A stretch of 64,000 nucleotides of DNA. It comes from an uncultured Hormoscilla sp. GTDB taxonomy: Bacteria > Cyanobacteriota > Cyanobacteriia > Cyanobacteriales > Desertifilaceae. The DNA lies in assembly GCA_963921275.4 (NCBI GenBank), contig OZ001293.3:2272001-2336000 (forward strand). The letters run 5' to 3'. Positions within the stretch are counted from its first letter, which is position 1. Each line of letters starts with the position of its first letter. Positions 12,203 through 25,291 of this stretch are shown piece by piece. The notes under the pieces were generated by a model that worked only from the letters and a program-made list of their open reading frames with translations, did not search any database and had not been told where the DNA came from. Both the position numbers and the translations under genes were made by a program.

Positions 12203-13097
12203 GGGCGTGTCATCAGTTAAGCCAAACAACAGTAGCAGCCAGGTAGATAGCACCCAAGAAATTCTGAGCCCTCTTATCGTAACGGGTGGCAATGGCTCGA
12301 TATTGCTTGAGTTTGGCAAAAAAATTCTCAATCAAATGACGTGCTTTGTATAGATATTTGTCATAACGGCGTTGTTCTTTTCGATTGGATTTAGGCGGAA
12401 TCACAGGTTCGCATTGCTGGGCTTCAAGACGTTTCAAAACCCGTTCGTCAGCATCAGAAGCTTTGTCTGCGAGTAACGCATCAGCCTTAATATTATCAAG
12501 TAACACATCAGCCCCTTCCAAATCGTGAGCTTGACCGGCTGTTAAATGAAAACCCGTTGGGTTCCCCAATGCGTCACAGGTCGCGTGAATTTTGGTACTC
12601 AAACCCCCTTTACGGCGTCCGATGGCTTGGTCGCAATCTTTTTTTTGAGCACCTGCACTATGTTGATGAGCCCTTTATATCGTGGCATCAATCATCGCAT
12701 ATTCGTTATCGGCATCGGACGCAAGTACCTTGAATACTCTTTCCCATACCCCGGATTTTGACCACCTACTATGGCGCGTATGAATTACCCTCAAGTCCCC
12801 AAATCGCTCGGGTAAGTCCCGCCAAGGTATCCCAGCTCTATATCGATACAAGACAGCATAGACAAATAAGCGGTTATCCTTAGCTGTCCCCCCCACATAA
12901 CCCTCCCGACCTGGCAATAGGTCCCTGATTCTCTCCCACTGGTCATCTCTTAAAGCATAGCGACGCATTTCTCAAATTCTCCTGCTCTAACCTTTACCCT
13001 CTTAGATCACACCAATATATCCTGGTTGTCAACTCAATCATCTTGTTATATATTTTTGGTGGGGACCCATATCGTTAATCTAACTGATGACACGCCC
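12203..13097 (-). mobile_element. IS5-family element (two-ORF transposase 12968-12213)
   Basis: 17-bp perfect IRs GGGCGTGTCATCAGTTA; TA duplication; [12 protein letters not shown] and RAIATRYDK motifs. Confidence 0.95.
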
Positions 13098-13936
13098 TAG
13101 AGTCCAAAGTTTGATAATTTTGTCCCGACTGGCTGAAACTAAGGTTTTACCATCCGGGCTGAAGGTGACGCTACTTACCCAATCACTATGTCCCATCAAG
13201 GTGTTCAGCAACTTACCCTGAAGACTCCAGAGTTTGACCGTGTTGTCCCCACTCCCAGAGGCGATCGTCTCCCCGTCGGGGCTAAAGGCCACAGAGAAAA
13301 CGCTATCATCATGACCTCTGAAGGTGTCGAGCAATTTTCCCGACCGACTCCAAAGTTTCACCGTTTTATCCAAACTAGCTGAGGCAATGCGATCGCCTTG
13401 GGGACTCCATTTTACACTGGTGACCTGATCGCCGTGATCCTTTAAGGTGTTCAGCAATTCGCCGTTGCGTCGCCAGACCTTGATTGTCTTATCCGCACTT
13501 CCCGAGACCAGATACTGCCCGTCGGGACTCCAACTGATACTGGTCACGGGTCCGGCATGTCCTTCTAGGGTTGTCAATAGCTTACCGTCCCGCCGCCAGA
13601 TCTTAACCGTGCCATCCCGACTGGCCGTGGCTATCAGCCGACCATTGGGGCTGAAACTGACAGACAAGACTTCCTCTTTATGCCCCTCTAGCATGATGAA
13701 AGGCTGTAGTTTTTTCTGTTCTTGCAGCAAACTCGATCGCCGCCAGATTTTGACAGTCCCGTCCCAGCTTGCCGAGGCTATCAGTCTGCCATCGGGGCTG
13801 AAACTGACGCTAGTGACCCGATCGCCATGTCCGGACAGGATTTTAATCAATTCACCGTCAGTCCCCCAGAGTTTAATCGTATTATCTGCACTGGCTTAGG
13901 CAATCAGCAGATCGTCTGAACTCCAGCTGACACTAT

Positions 13937-14806
13937 GGATGGGGTCGAGCCGGGAATCGCTTCCCGACCCTCCCTTAAGGAACCGGACTTGCGATTTTCA
14001 CCGCATCCGGCTACTGGGTACTAGGCCCTTTTCATAGGTAGACTTAATAGGAATTACTTCCGTTAGCCCTTGCCGCCTGTCTTTTCTTCCCTTTCCTGGT
14101 TTAGCGAGTGGTTGTTCTGATAACCGTTAGTATCACCATTTTCAAGTCAGTTTTACCAGTTATCCATACCTTATCCTCCACTTGCGTTTCGGATTAGTTC
14201 CGTGGCTTTTTAGGATTACTCATTCCAGCAGCTTCCTAGTATCACCGACCACGTCAGCGCTGGCTACCCAGCATCATCTACATTACTGTAGATGTTATCC
14301 CAGGAATTACCCCGGGCATTCGCTTCTTGGGCCATCCCTCCCCCCGTGGCTTGCGCTTAACATCTAACTTGTCCTGATGGACAGCACACGAGAGGTTACT
14401 TCGTTCCCTAACAACATTTCGCGATACCTTTAGGTCCACACTATACCCCGGGAGCTATTTGAGTACTATATTAGCCAGAGTCTAAAACTAATACTAGCTA
14501 CCATTTCCTTTTTAGGCCAGCGCATATAGCCTTATTTCGCTGGTTCCTTATAACGAGGCTTGCACATGTTTGCCTGCTCTAACCTTGGATATCTTTCCTA
14601 GCGGCGTCACCGGCTTAGGCTGCCAGTTATCCTACATTTGAGTCCTCGCTTAGCACCACGATGATGTCGCTTCGTAGCACCGAGGACCGGTGTCACCCCC
14701 GTACCTGGGGGGAGGGGAATTTAACCCCCATGCGGTCAGAGTTCCCGGCTAATGAAACCGGGCTAGCGTTCCGTGTTTGACCACGTTAGGCTAGAACGAA
14801 TCGCAC
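13937..14806 (-). mobile_element. ORF-less group IIB intron (870 nt), sense orientation in the WD40 gene
   Basis: GTGCGATTCG 5' end; DV AGCCGGATGCGGTGAAAATCGCAAGTCCGGTT; DVI with bulged A; EBS1 AGACUC pairs with exon GAGTTT. Confidence 0.93.
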
Positions 14807-17800
14807 AAACTCCATGAGTATGACCCTGCAAACGGTTGCGCTCTTTGATTTTATATACCGCCTCTTGGAGAGCCGTCTGCACCCGGTCCTTTGTCTGAAC
14901 ATCTGCCCAGTTGCTGGCATCCAGTTTCTTGGCAGCCCGTATCCCTTTTTGCAATGCATCCAGCTGTTTATGGGAGGCGAACAATGCTTATGAGGATGCA
15001 CTCACTGCTTTAATTTCGTTGATTACCGCTTGTCTGAATTGAGATACGGCTTGAAATGTTGAGCCCGCTAAGGTCAATATTACTACCACTGAACCAGCTA
15101 GGGCTAGGCGAAGAAAATTCTGGCGCTGCTTGTCACTTTGCCTGTGCTTTTGCTTCGCGTCTGCCAGGGCGGCCAGTAACTCTTTTTCTTGGCGCAGTTG
15201 TTCCAGCCGAACATAGCTGAGTTCTTCCCGCTTTCGCGCTGCTGACAATTCTGCTAATGACCCATTTTTATCGTTCTCTTTACTCTGGGAAATATATGTT
15301 TCTAGGTCTTCTTGCAGGATTTTATAGCGTTCGTCTGCCAGTTCCGCTAACATCGCTATTTCCTGACGCATTTTTTCTATATACTGATGATTTTCTGCTT
15401 CTTTTTGCCTCAACTCATCCCGTTCTTTCTTTAAGACAACGTCTTCTTGCTGTTGGATAAATTTCCCTAAATAATCATGAACTAGCTGATAGCGCGGGGC
15501 TGCCAATTCCGGAATTAAAGATACTAAACCCGAGCCAACTAAAATATCTAAGATTAAATTGAGTTGCTCCGTATTTGCCAAGTCTGCTGCTAACTCCGCC
15601 CGACTTTTCAGGGGACGATTACCATTTTCATCAGTCAGCAAATACAATACTCGTCTCGCCAGGGGTTGATTTTCTGTGCCGCAGTCCTTGACTAGCTGTT
15701 CTAAAAATCGCTCCACCAGTCTTTGCTTCGGTCCCGATCGCCGATACATGGCCAGAGTGGTAATGTTCTCTGCTTGCAGTTGATATCCCACTACCTGTAA
15801 CTCTATGGGGCGGACTTCTCTCCTTTCTCCTGCTAAGTCCTCGACTAATTCCTTAATCAGAGAGTCTTCTAATTCAAAGTTAGCTTTCTTAGTTAAGCTT
15901 TCGATCACTTCATAGGCATCCTGTGGCGATAAATTACCCAAAGGGTATCTATTGTTTTTATCTAGCAAGTTGCAGTTAATTTCCTCTAAGTCCATCTGCC
16001 TTTCAAGTTCTAATAAGTTGTGCAGATAATCTTCTCGGATGGAAATGATGACTTTCAGGCTGGGAATATTTAAACATGCCTGCAAAAACTCGGCAAAATC
16101 TTTTCTCGCTTCTGGGTCCGAGCACACTAAGAATAATTCTTCAAACTGGTCAAAGATGAGGACTGTTAACAGATTTTGCTGTTCGGTCTCTCGTAACAGT
16201 CCCAGAATAGCTGATGTCGAATATAATTTCTCCGGCAATTGGAGAGCGGGAATTTGACCCAGGGCCGCTACCAGAGTTCGGCCTAATACTCCCACCCAAT
16301 CTCTGTAAACTCGCAGAACTACTGGTAATGCTAACCGATCGCCCACAGTATGAGACTTGAGGGTAGGGACTAATCCGGCGGTGACGATGGAGCTTTTACC
16401 GACCCCTGATTGACCGTGAATGACTGTGAGTTTATAATCCGATCGACCGATTCTTTGCAGCAAGCCGTGAAGATCTTGCTGGCGATTGGAAGCGGCGATC
16501 GCTTCGGCCACGCTACCTCGGGATTTAGTTGCGATGTCTCCGGAGTAGTGCGAGTAGCGCTCTCCGGAGACATCGAAGGGTGCCAAGGCCGGGTTAATAG
16601 CATGTCTGGCTGGCAGCAACTGACCGGCACCGATGAAAGCCCGAAATCCATACTGCTGTTCGATGGAACGCTCTTTTTGCTTAATCTCAAAGGCTTCTCG
16701 ATAGCGACCTAAATTAAAATAGAGTAGGCGCAACTCTTTTAACAGGCGCAGGTAACAATCGGGGCCGTAGCGGTGCTCCGTGGCGGCGATCGCGCCTTTT
16801 AATTCCTGACAAGCCAGTTCCAGGTTATCGTCAGCGGCTTGAAACTCAAAGTTGTGCTTTTGGGCCTGGACCAAAATTAATCGCCAGATTTGCTCCCATA
16901 GCAAGCGATATAATTCGTGAGATTGGGCCAGGAGAGAGGTTTGCTCGACTGCTGGCGCCTCAGCGAGGAGATCCAGGGATTTCTGGGCCAGTTGACTAGC
17001 TGAGGCCCATCTCAACTCCCGAGCCGCTATTTTAGCCAGATATCCGTAGTCCAGAGCCAGTTGCAACTGACAGCCATAGGTCTGATGCAACCTCAAAGAC
17101 TTGTAAGTCAGAGATGACAAGGCTTTCCATTCCTCTAGGCTTTGCAGCACCTCCATCAGCCAATAGATAAACTGAGCCACCAAGTCATGACGCCCAACCT
17201 CTTCAAACACCTTCACCGCTTGGTTAAAATAAATCCTAGCTTCCTCCCCTTGGCGGACTGATTCTGTGGGATATCTCTGAGCCTTGCGGAAATGACACCG
17301 CCCCAGATAATATAGCAGCACTGCCGATTTTTCCCGAACAATTGGCTCTAGGCTATTGCTTTTGCGCCAAAACCGCAAGCTTTGACGATAATGCTCTATG
17401 GCTGCATCTATCCGGTCATTGGCCAGGTCATCCTGACCGAAAATAAATTCCAGACTGGCTTGTAGTTCTGGCTCTAAGTTCACCGAACGACGCCGCAATT
17501 CCCGATGGGCCGCATCCAGTTCTAATCGCTGCTGTCCTTGCACCAGTTCACACAGCTTTTTCCTGGTGTTTTGGGTCTGTTTCTCACTAGGATTTGGAGC
17601 TAAAACGTTCGCAAATAGGAAGTTGGCTTTTTGCAGAATTAAATCCTGCAACTGCTCTGTAGCCAGATTTAATTTAATCGGGTTAGCGGCAAAACTGGCG
17701 AAGTCGGGGGCCAACCTGCGTAGTTTTTGCAGTACCTGGTCGTTCACCCACAATACCAGGGGGCATGTCAGCTGTTTTTTCAACTCATCCCGGACAAAAT

Positions 17801-18122
17801 TTGTGGCATACAGCAGCTCATCGATCGCCTTTACCGACTCTAAACCCACTACCATCAACGCCGATGGCTTGCCTTTTTATTTCCCTCATGCTTGCCCCGA
17901 TCCTATTGTAAAGACTGGTTGTTTCCGGGAGCAACTCTATAATTTTTATTTCCCCCAGTTCATTTACATCTTCAACCTCGGAACCCAGTTGAGCTAGCAT
18001 GCGCTTGCGCAACTGGGCATAGTTGCAGCGGGCAAAAATCAGGGAAAATTGCCCCTGTCCCAGGGCGATTGCCCTGGCCAGACTCTTTAACGAGCGCTGA
18101 TTATCGACTGTGTTATTCTCTG

Positions 18123-19500
18123 CTAGTTCCCGTTCAGCCATAGTTGGTATTTTTTCGCCTCTGCTAAAGCCGGATTTATCCCGAACCATGATCCTTCCCG
18201 ATCGCGGTATTCATAGACAAACATACTGCGCAACAGGGTTTGGTATTCTTCATCACCGCTGACATTTTGCCTGGTCACCAAATTAAACAGCAGTTCCCAC
18301 TCATCATCTGTAATCGATGATATCAGATAATCTCGGTGTTCGCGAATGACAGTTTCTAAAGAGTCCCTGTCAAAGGGGGGGTCTGCTTGCTGGAGACAGC
18401 TATAGAGCAATCCTAGCAAGTTGCGCACGTGACCGCCACTGATCCGACATAGCCGATCGAGGGTTTCGGGACTGTCAAATAGTTCTGTAATTAAATTCTG
18501 CTGCCCGATCGGGTCTAGCTGGGGAAAAGCCCTGGTCATTACCATTTGCCGGAGGAGATCCATACCCGGCCTGAATTCGCTGCCATCACGCATTTGCACT
18601 GGCACCATCGGCAATACCTTAGGAGTTAACCCACCCCCTAAGCGATTTTTGAGTGTTTCCGCATCATTGGAGAACACCAAGGACAAGGGGATGGTGTAAA
18701 CCACATGGCAGGCAAGTTGCCGTAACTGTTGTCCCCGATCGATAAACAAATATTCTGGCAGCAAGCGTCCGCTGGCCGTGCGTTTATTATTCACCCGATC
18801 GAGGTTGTCTACAAGCATCACAAGTCCTTTTTTACCCTGGCGGGCGAGTTCCTTGGTCGCCTGATCGAAAATTTCTTGATTGATGGTTTGCAAAATTATA
18901 TTAGTCCGAGGTTCCAACCAATTTCTCAAGCGCTGCCGCAAGGCCGGACTTTCTTTGGTTGTCGCGGTAATTTGACCAATTCCTCCCGGGAGGGAAAATC
19001 CCAATTCCTCACTGCCTGCTGTAATTTCACCCACTCCGGGCACCCCAATCGAAGCCTTCAATTCGATCGGCGTTTGCAAAAAATCTGCCGCATCTTTCAG
19101 CAAATTCTTGAACCCTCGGGGCCGCAAGCTGATTTTCAGCAGCTCTAGGTTTTCACTCACCTGACGGGCGATCGCCAGTAAGATATCGGTCACATCTACA
19201 TCGGCCATGTCCAAGTCTTGAGAGGACTCAAAATAAATCACGTGGAAGCCCCGTTCTTCTAACTCAGCAGAGAGCCGCAGCAATTCTGTAGACTTACCAC
19301 AGCCGATATGTCCTGTAAACAACTGGCAGGTAGGTCGGTCTGGGGACAGGGTGGTGATGGTGCGGCTCAATGCCTTGATGATCTTACCACCTCTGACTGA
19401 GGCAAAATCGATATAATATTGTCGTTCCTCGGGCATTTCCCATAGCTAGGGGTTTGCTCGGATTACATGCGGCATAGAATCTTGGTAAATCTAATCCCAT
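18123..19500 (-). CDS. P-loop ATP-binding protein, frameshift near 19435
   Basis: GHIGCGKSTEL, VDNLDRV, SGGHVR; N-terminus MGLDLPRFYAACNPSKPL is in another frame. Confidence 0.85.
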
Positions 19501-19544
19501 AACTACTCCTTGCTGTAAATCACTCTCCATTGCACCCATGCTAC

Positions 19545-19799
19545 CTATTCGGGACAAGTTCCTAACCAGCGGCATTGTTCTGTCTGCTCATCTCTAGCCG
19601 CTATAATCATACGGGCTGCCAGCTCAGGGGGCTGTTCGGCGGCGGCGCTCCCAGAACGGCTGGCGAATGCGCTGTCGGCATGTGTCAAGGTCAACTTGGC
19701 ACCAGTCACGAATAGAGGTAATGCCATAAGCAGCATCAAAAGAGTTCTCTTATACATATAACCTTCACCGTGAATATTAGCGGCTCCTAATTCCTTCAT
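19545..19799 (-). CDS. Small secreted hypothetical protein
   Basis: Signal-peptide-like MYKRTLLMLLMALPLFV; C-terminal CRWLGTC. Confidence 0.55.
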   Translation of the reverse strand: MKELGAANIHGEGYMYKRTLLMLLMALPLFVTGAKLTLTHADSAFASRSGSAAAEQPPELAARMIIAARDEQTEQCRWLGTCPE

Positions 19800-20015
19800 T
19801 ATTTTTTCTTTCTGCTAACCTTCCTGTTAATCAGGACAGGTATTATTATCTAGATAGTTTCTTCAGAGATCCTGTCATAGGGTTTACCCAACCAAGAAAA
19901 AGCAGCGAATCTGGTAAAATATGTTACCTAATTTCATATGTGGGGTCACGGTCCCCGAGTTACCCCGATCTGTGACACTATAAAGAAATGTTCACCTATC
20001 GAGCAGCCGAAATCT

Positions 20016-21150
20016 ATGCACCATTACGACTCTCTCCAGCTTGTCATGTTTAGCGGCAAGGGGGGTGTGGGGAAAACCACCTTATCCAGTGGGTTTGCAC
20101 GTCGATGGGCCCAGCAGTTTCCCGACGAGCAGATCCTGCTACTGTCTGCGGACCCGGCCCATTCCCTGAGGGATGTGTTGCTGCTGAAGGTTGACAATAC
20201 GCCTCGTCCCTTGGCGGATTTGCCGAACCTGACTGTCAGGGCCCTGGATGCCGATCGCGGCAGCGCGGCGCCAGCCGTGCAGTTGCTGGAGGAGTTCAAA
20301 AACCGCTACGGAGAGGTTTTGCAGCAACTGGTGGAACGGGGCAGCTTTGCGGAAGCCTCAGACTTGACTCCGGCGTGGGATTTGAGCTGGCCGGGACTGG
20401 ATGAGTTGATTAATATTTTGGAGATTCAACGCCTGTTGACGGAGAAGGTGGTAGACCGAGTGGTGGTAGATATGGCTCCCAGCGGTCATGCGACTGCTTT
20501 GCTGGGCCTGATGGATTTTTTGGATACTTTGTTGCAGGCATTGGACCTCTTTCAAGAAAAGCATCGATCGATCGCCAAGGCCTTTACCGGGCGCTATAGC
20601 CCGGATGCAGCGGATGATTTCCTCGAACAGATGCAGCAGGAGTTAACCTCTGGACGAGAGCTGTTACAGGATGGACAGCGTACTACCTGCTTAGTAGTTA
20701 GTATAGCAGAGCAGATGAGCTGGCTGGAAACTAAAAGATTTCTTGAGTCCCTGCAACAGCTACAGATTGCTTCTGGGGGCTTGTTGATCAATAGGGTTGT
20801 CGATGAGGGCCTATCTGCCAGAGAGGGCGATCGCTACAGCGAACAGCAACAGCTCTTACAAGATTTTATCACTCTGGCAGGCTCGCGCCCGGTCTTTACT
20901 GCACCTCAGCAGCCTGCCGAACCCTTGGGAGGAGAAGCCCTAGACCAGCTTGGAGATCAAGTTCAAAGGATCGAGGCCGGAATTTCCCTGCCAACAGCAG
21001 CGCCCGTGGTGGAATGGCCGGAAAAAATCCCCCCTGGTTTGAGCGATTTTGTCGCTGAAGGTCGCCGCTTAATCATTGTCGGCGGGAAAGGGGGCGTTGG
21101 CAAAACTACTGTATCGGCGGCGATCGCCTGGGGTCTGGCCCAAGGGCATC
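20016..21150 (+). pseudogene. arsA: ArsA/GET3-family ATPase, truncated in its second domain
   Basis: Two GKGGVGKTT motifs, SADPAHSL, DMAPSGH; cut at ~21150. Confidence 0.9.
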
Positions 21151-21288
21151 CGGACGATTGCTCAGATGCTGCATTGTCATAAGAATACAGTGTCTGAACT
21201 GCGCAAACGGTTGGTGGAAAAGGGCTTGGCCGCAGCGCTGCAAAGGAAGAAACTCCAGACACCACCCAGACCACGGCTTTTTGATGGC
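21150..21288 (+). mobile_element. IS630-family transposase HTH fragment
   Basis: IAQMLHCHKNTVSELRKRLVEKGLAAALQRKK..PRLFDG. Confidence 0.7.
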
Positions 21289-21309
21289 GTGATGAATCGC
21301 ACTGGCCTG

Positions 21310-21860
21310 GTGCGATTCGTTCAGTGTAAACCACCGGTGAACCAATCGAGGGACACCGGTGGGGGACCACTGGCAGGGTATCATTAGCCCTGATAACTTC
21401 TAGACGATGGTGGTGAAAGCCCACCCCTCCAAGTGCAGGAGTGACAGCACTTACCCCACGGTAGCGATGGCATCAATCCGTGAAGCGGGAATGAAAAGCG
21501 CTCTAACTGATAGACTCCAGAGGTTACTGGTAAGCTCCCGGGCTGCCAAATGTCTAGCGGTACGACGGGTAACGCTAGACAACCAGGGAAAGAAAACCGC
21601 CGGTGTGGATGGTGTAAAATCACTGACCCCAGAGCAAAGACTAGAACTGGTAGGACAAATTGAAATCTCAAATAAGGCTAGGCCTACACGTCGTGTATGG
21701 ATTCCTAAGCCAGGGAGAAATGAAAAGCGGCCATTAGGAATACCCACGATGCACGACCGCGCGACTCAAGGGCTCCTTAAGATTGCGCTCGAACCCGAAT
21801 GGGAAGCGTATATGGAAGGGAACTCATACGGATTCAGACCGGGTCGGGGATGCCACGGCA
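21310..21860 (+). mobile_element. Group II intron remnant (5' part of domain I fused to an RT fragment)
   Basis: GTGCGATTCG start, similar to the 11681 intron; KTAGVDG, RPLGIP, SYGFRPGR. Confidence 0.88.
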
Positions 21861-22130
21861 CACAGGAGACATCGAGGAAAAGTTGCTTATCCGATGTACT
21901 CTGCGCGCTTGATGTCCCCCGGATGCACGGCGAAACCCGGGGGACATCATAATCGCACTACGCAGAGCACATCGGAGAGTAATCAGGTAGGGGAGTCATG
22001 TCGATATTCTCAAAAATGTGGTATATTTTGGGTTACTCTTCCATTTGTCTATTGACTTTGTCACAGACTCAGTTCATAATCAAAAGTTGAACTCGTGGTT
22101 TTTGTTTATTTTGAGTAGAGGAGAATAAAA

Positions 22131-22493
22131 TTGAAAAAGCTACTTGCAATTATTCTGGCCGTAGCACTGTTTACCTTTTCCCTGAGCAGTCCCGCCCTTG
22201 CCGCCAGCTGTGAGGTAGACGCTTCCTATCCAGCCGGTATTGCTGCTAAGGGTGCCAAAACATTTAATTCCAAATGTATTGCCTGCCATGCTGGTGGTAA
22301 AAACAACGTTAAGAAGGAAAAAACCCTAGAGAAAGATGCGTTGCAGAAGTACGAAATGTATGATGCCATGAAAATTATCACCCAGGTGAAATGTGGCAAA
22401 GGTGCCATGCCAGCCTTGGGCAAGAGGTGGAAGCCGCAGAATCTCGCAAATATCGCTGCCTATGTGCTAGAGCAAGCCGATCAAGGCTGGTAG
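22131..22493 (+). CDS. petJ: Cytochrome c6 (PetJ family)
   Basis: Signal peptide, CIACH, GKGAMPA, AAYVLEQA..W. Confidence 0.9.
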   Translation: MKKLLAIILAVALFTFSLSSPALAASCEVDASYPAGIAAKGAKTFNSKCIACHAGGKNNVKKEKTLEKDALQKYEMYDAMKIITQVKCGKGAMPALGKRWKPQNLANIAAYVLEQADQGW

Positions 22494-23058
22494 TAATAGC
22501 TATGGCGATCGTCGCTAATGGTGAAGCGAAAGGCTTCGGCTGACTGCTGACGGCTTCATCAGTATTGACAGGAGGGTTGGCAGTTGACCGGCGAAGACAT
22601 GAACGGTTAACTGTCAACCCTCCACTGTTGGCGTTGTACAGATGGGGTGCATCCCAGTTTTGCTTCTTGAGAATTGCAAATTGCTTCTTGAGAATTGAGA
22701 ATTAAGCGATTTTCCATTCGACCTAGCGCACTGCGTATATGCTATTCGCAATTAGCAGTATTTAATGCAAAAAGGCAAAAGTGAGATGCTCCCTACAGAT
22801 GTGGATGATGTTGCGACGAGGCTAATTCAAAATTCAGAATTGCTAACTCATATATTTAGCCAGATATAGATATTTCTCACCTGAAACGATGCTGGTCACA
22901 GGGCGACTGGGTTGTGCTGCGGAGCGCTCGGCATGGTACTGTTGGGCATGGTACGTTACGATCTCCGATACGATCATCTATTGACATGACGCGATATAAT
23001 ATCTTATCACCCATGTCAAGTGATACTGTCGCTCGGATTTGACGAGAGGAGAACAATA

Positions 23059-23427
23059 TTGAAAAAGCTACTTGCAGTTATACTGTTGGGTGTAGTACTG
23101 TTTACTCTGGCCCTAGGCTCTCAGGCGATCGCCGCTGTCGAATGTCCGCCAGACTTAGCCAACTTCCCCAAGGGCGATGCCGCTGCCGGTGCACAAGTAT
23201 TCGGCGGCAAATGTGTTGCCTGTCATAGAAATGGTGGCAATATCGTTAAACGGAATAAGACTCTCAAGAAAGCTGCCTTGGAAAAGTATAACATGTATTC
23301 TGCCAAGGCAATTATCACGCAGGTGACCTGTGGCAAAGGTGTTATGCCACAGTTTGGCAAGCAGTTTACTGAAGAGCAGATCGCAAATGTCGCTGCCTAT
23401 GTGCTACAGCAGGCTGATAAGTGGTAA
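23059..23427 (+). CDS. petJ: Cytochrome c6 paralog
   Basis: TTG start after GAGGAG; CVACH, GKGVMPQF, VAAYVLQQADKW. Confidence 0.9.
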   Translation: MKKLLAVILLGVVLFTLALGSQAIAAVECPPDLANFPKGDAAAGAQVFGGKCVACHRNGGNIVKRNKTLKKAALEKYNMYSAKAIITQVTCGKGVMPQFGKQFTEEQIANVAAYVLQQADKW

Positions 23428-23554
23428 TCGCTAATCTAAGCCAAGGCTCGTGATTAAATAAAGGTAATATATCATAATATTACTCTGATCTCAAGCAACT
23501 TTAGGTTGGGTAACGCGGGACAACCCAACCTACTAATGTTGTAGCAAAGTACAT

Positions 23555-23872
23555 TTAAATTAAGCCTTGCAAGCGCCCCATCAGCTGTTCGGCTCGGAGG
23601 ACGCCCTCGATTTTATCAACTGGCTGGCCGTTTTGGAACAGGACCAGGGTTGGCAACGTCTCAATTTTATACTGAGAAGCTAACTGGTTATATTTATCGG
23701 TGTCGATTTTTACTATCTGCAGGCGATCTCCCATCTGTGCGTTCACCTGCTCGAGAATTTTTGCCATCATATGACAAGGCCCGCACCAGGTGGCGTAAAA
23801 ATCTACCAAGACTGGCTTCTCGGACTCGGCGATTAAGACCTGAAAACTGTTGAATTGCTTTTTAACTGCCAT
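23555..23872 (-). CDS. trxA: Thioredoxin (y-type-like)
   Basis: VLVDFYATWCGPC. Confidence 0.93.
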   Translation of the reverse strand: MAVKKQFNSFQVLIAESEKPVLVDFYATWCGPCHMMAKILEQVNAQMGDRLQIVKIDTDKYNQLASQYKIETLPTLVLFQNGQPVDKIEGVLRAEQLMGRLQGLI

Positions 23873-24019
23873 TTGACTTGCAAATTGAAATTGGGAATAG
23901 AAAATTTGGGAGAATTGACATACATGGGGGACGTCCGGAGAAGGCAACCCACAACTGACAACGAATGAGAAAGAATGAAGTCTATAACTTGATTATAGTG
24001 CAAAATTACTCGAACCTAG

Positions 24020-24799
<780 letters not shown>

Positions 24800-24876
24800 G
24801 TCCCTGAGCATCCCATCCCCTCGTTCCCAGTCTCAGACTGGGAACGAAATAAAAATCTCGAACATAATGAAAAGAA

Positions 24877-25290
24877 ATGGAACCAACGATCGCTCTGATT
24901 GCCCACGACAGCCAAAAAGAGAATATCGTTGCCAATGCCCAAGCAACATGCTTTGGTGCTTTCCCGTTATAAATTGATAGCGACAGGCACCACGGGACAA
25001 AAAATTCAACAAGGAACGGGGTTAGAGGTTTCCCTTATGCTGCCCGGTTCTCAAGGGGGAGACGTGCAAATTGCTGCTGAAGTTACTACAGGTAATGTGA
25101 TGGCTGCGATCTTTCTGATTGACCCCACCAGACCTCTATGTCTCCGTATCGGTGCTCTGCGTAGTGCTTCTAGCGCGCGTAGAGCACATCGGGAGTAGTG
25201 TTTTTAGCGCTCTGGTGGAGACATCGAAAACCCCAGGAACCAGATATATCGACATTGCTGCACATCTGTAACTTGCATAATGTCCCAGCT
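24877..25290 (+). pseudogene. mgsA: Methylglyoxal synthase, frameshifted, interrupted and truncated
   Basis: IALIAHD, LIATGTTG, GGDVQIAA, FLIDP..EPDI..ICNLHNVP. Confidence 0.88.
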
Positions 25291-25291
25291 G

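Larger units (their letters stand above)
12099..18141 (-). pseudogene. TPR / P-loop NTPase (STAND-like) / WD40-repeat protein, disrupted
   Basis: GQSGVGKS and LIFDQFEE motifs, WD40 repeats, and the C-terminal GCYWLSDYLQHNP beyond the IS5; frameshift ~17870, stops at 14988 and ~13895, intron and IS5 insertions. Confidence 0.9.

Noticed and set aside
14182..14367. Short ORFs inside introns and rnpB (also 11289-11631, 33211-33450)
   Set aside because: They overlap structured RNAs and have no recognisable protein features.
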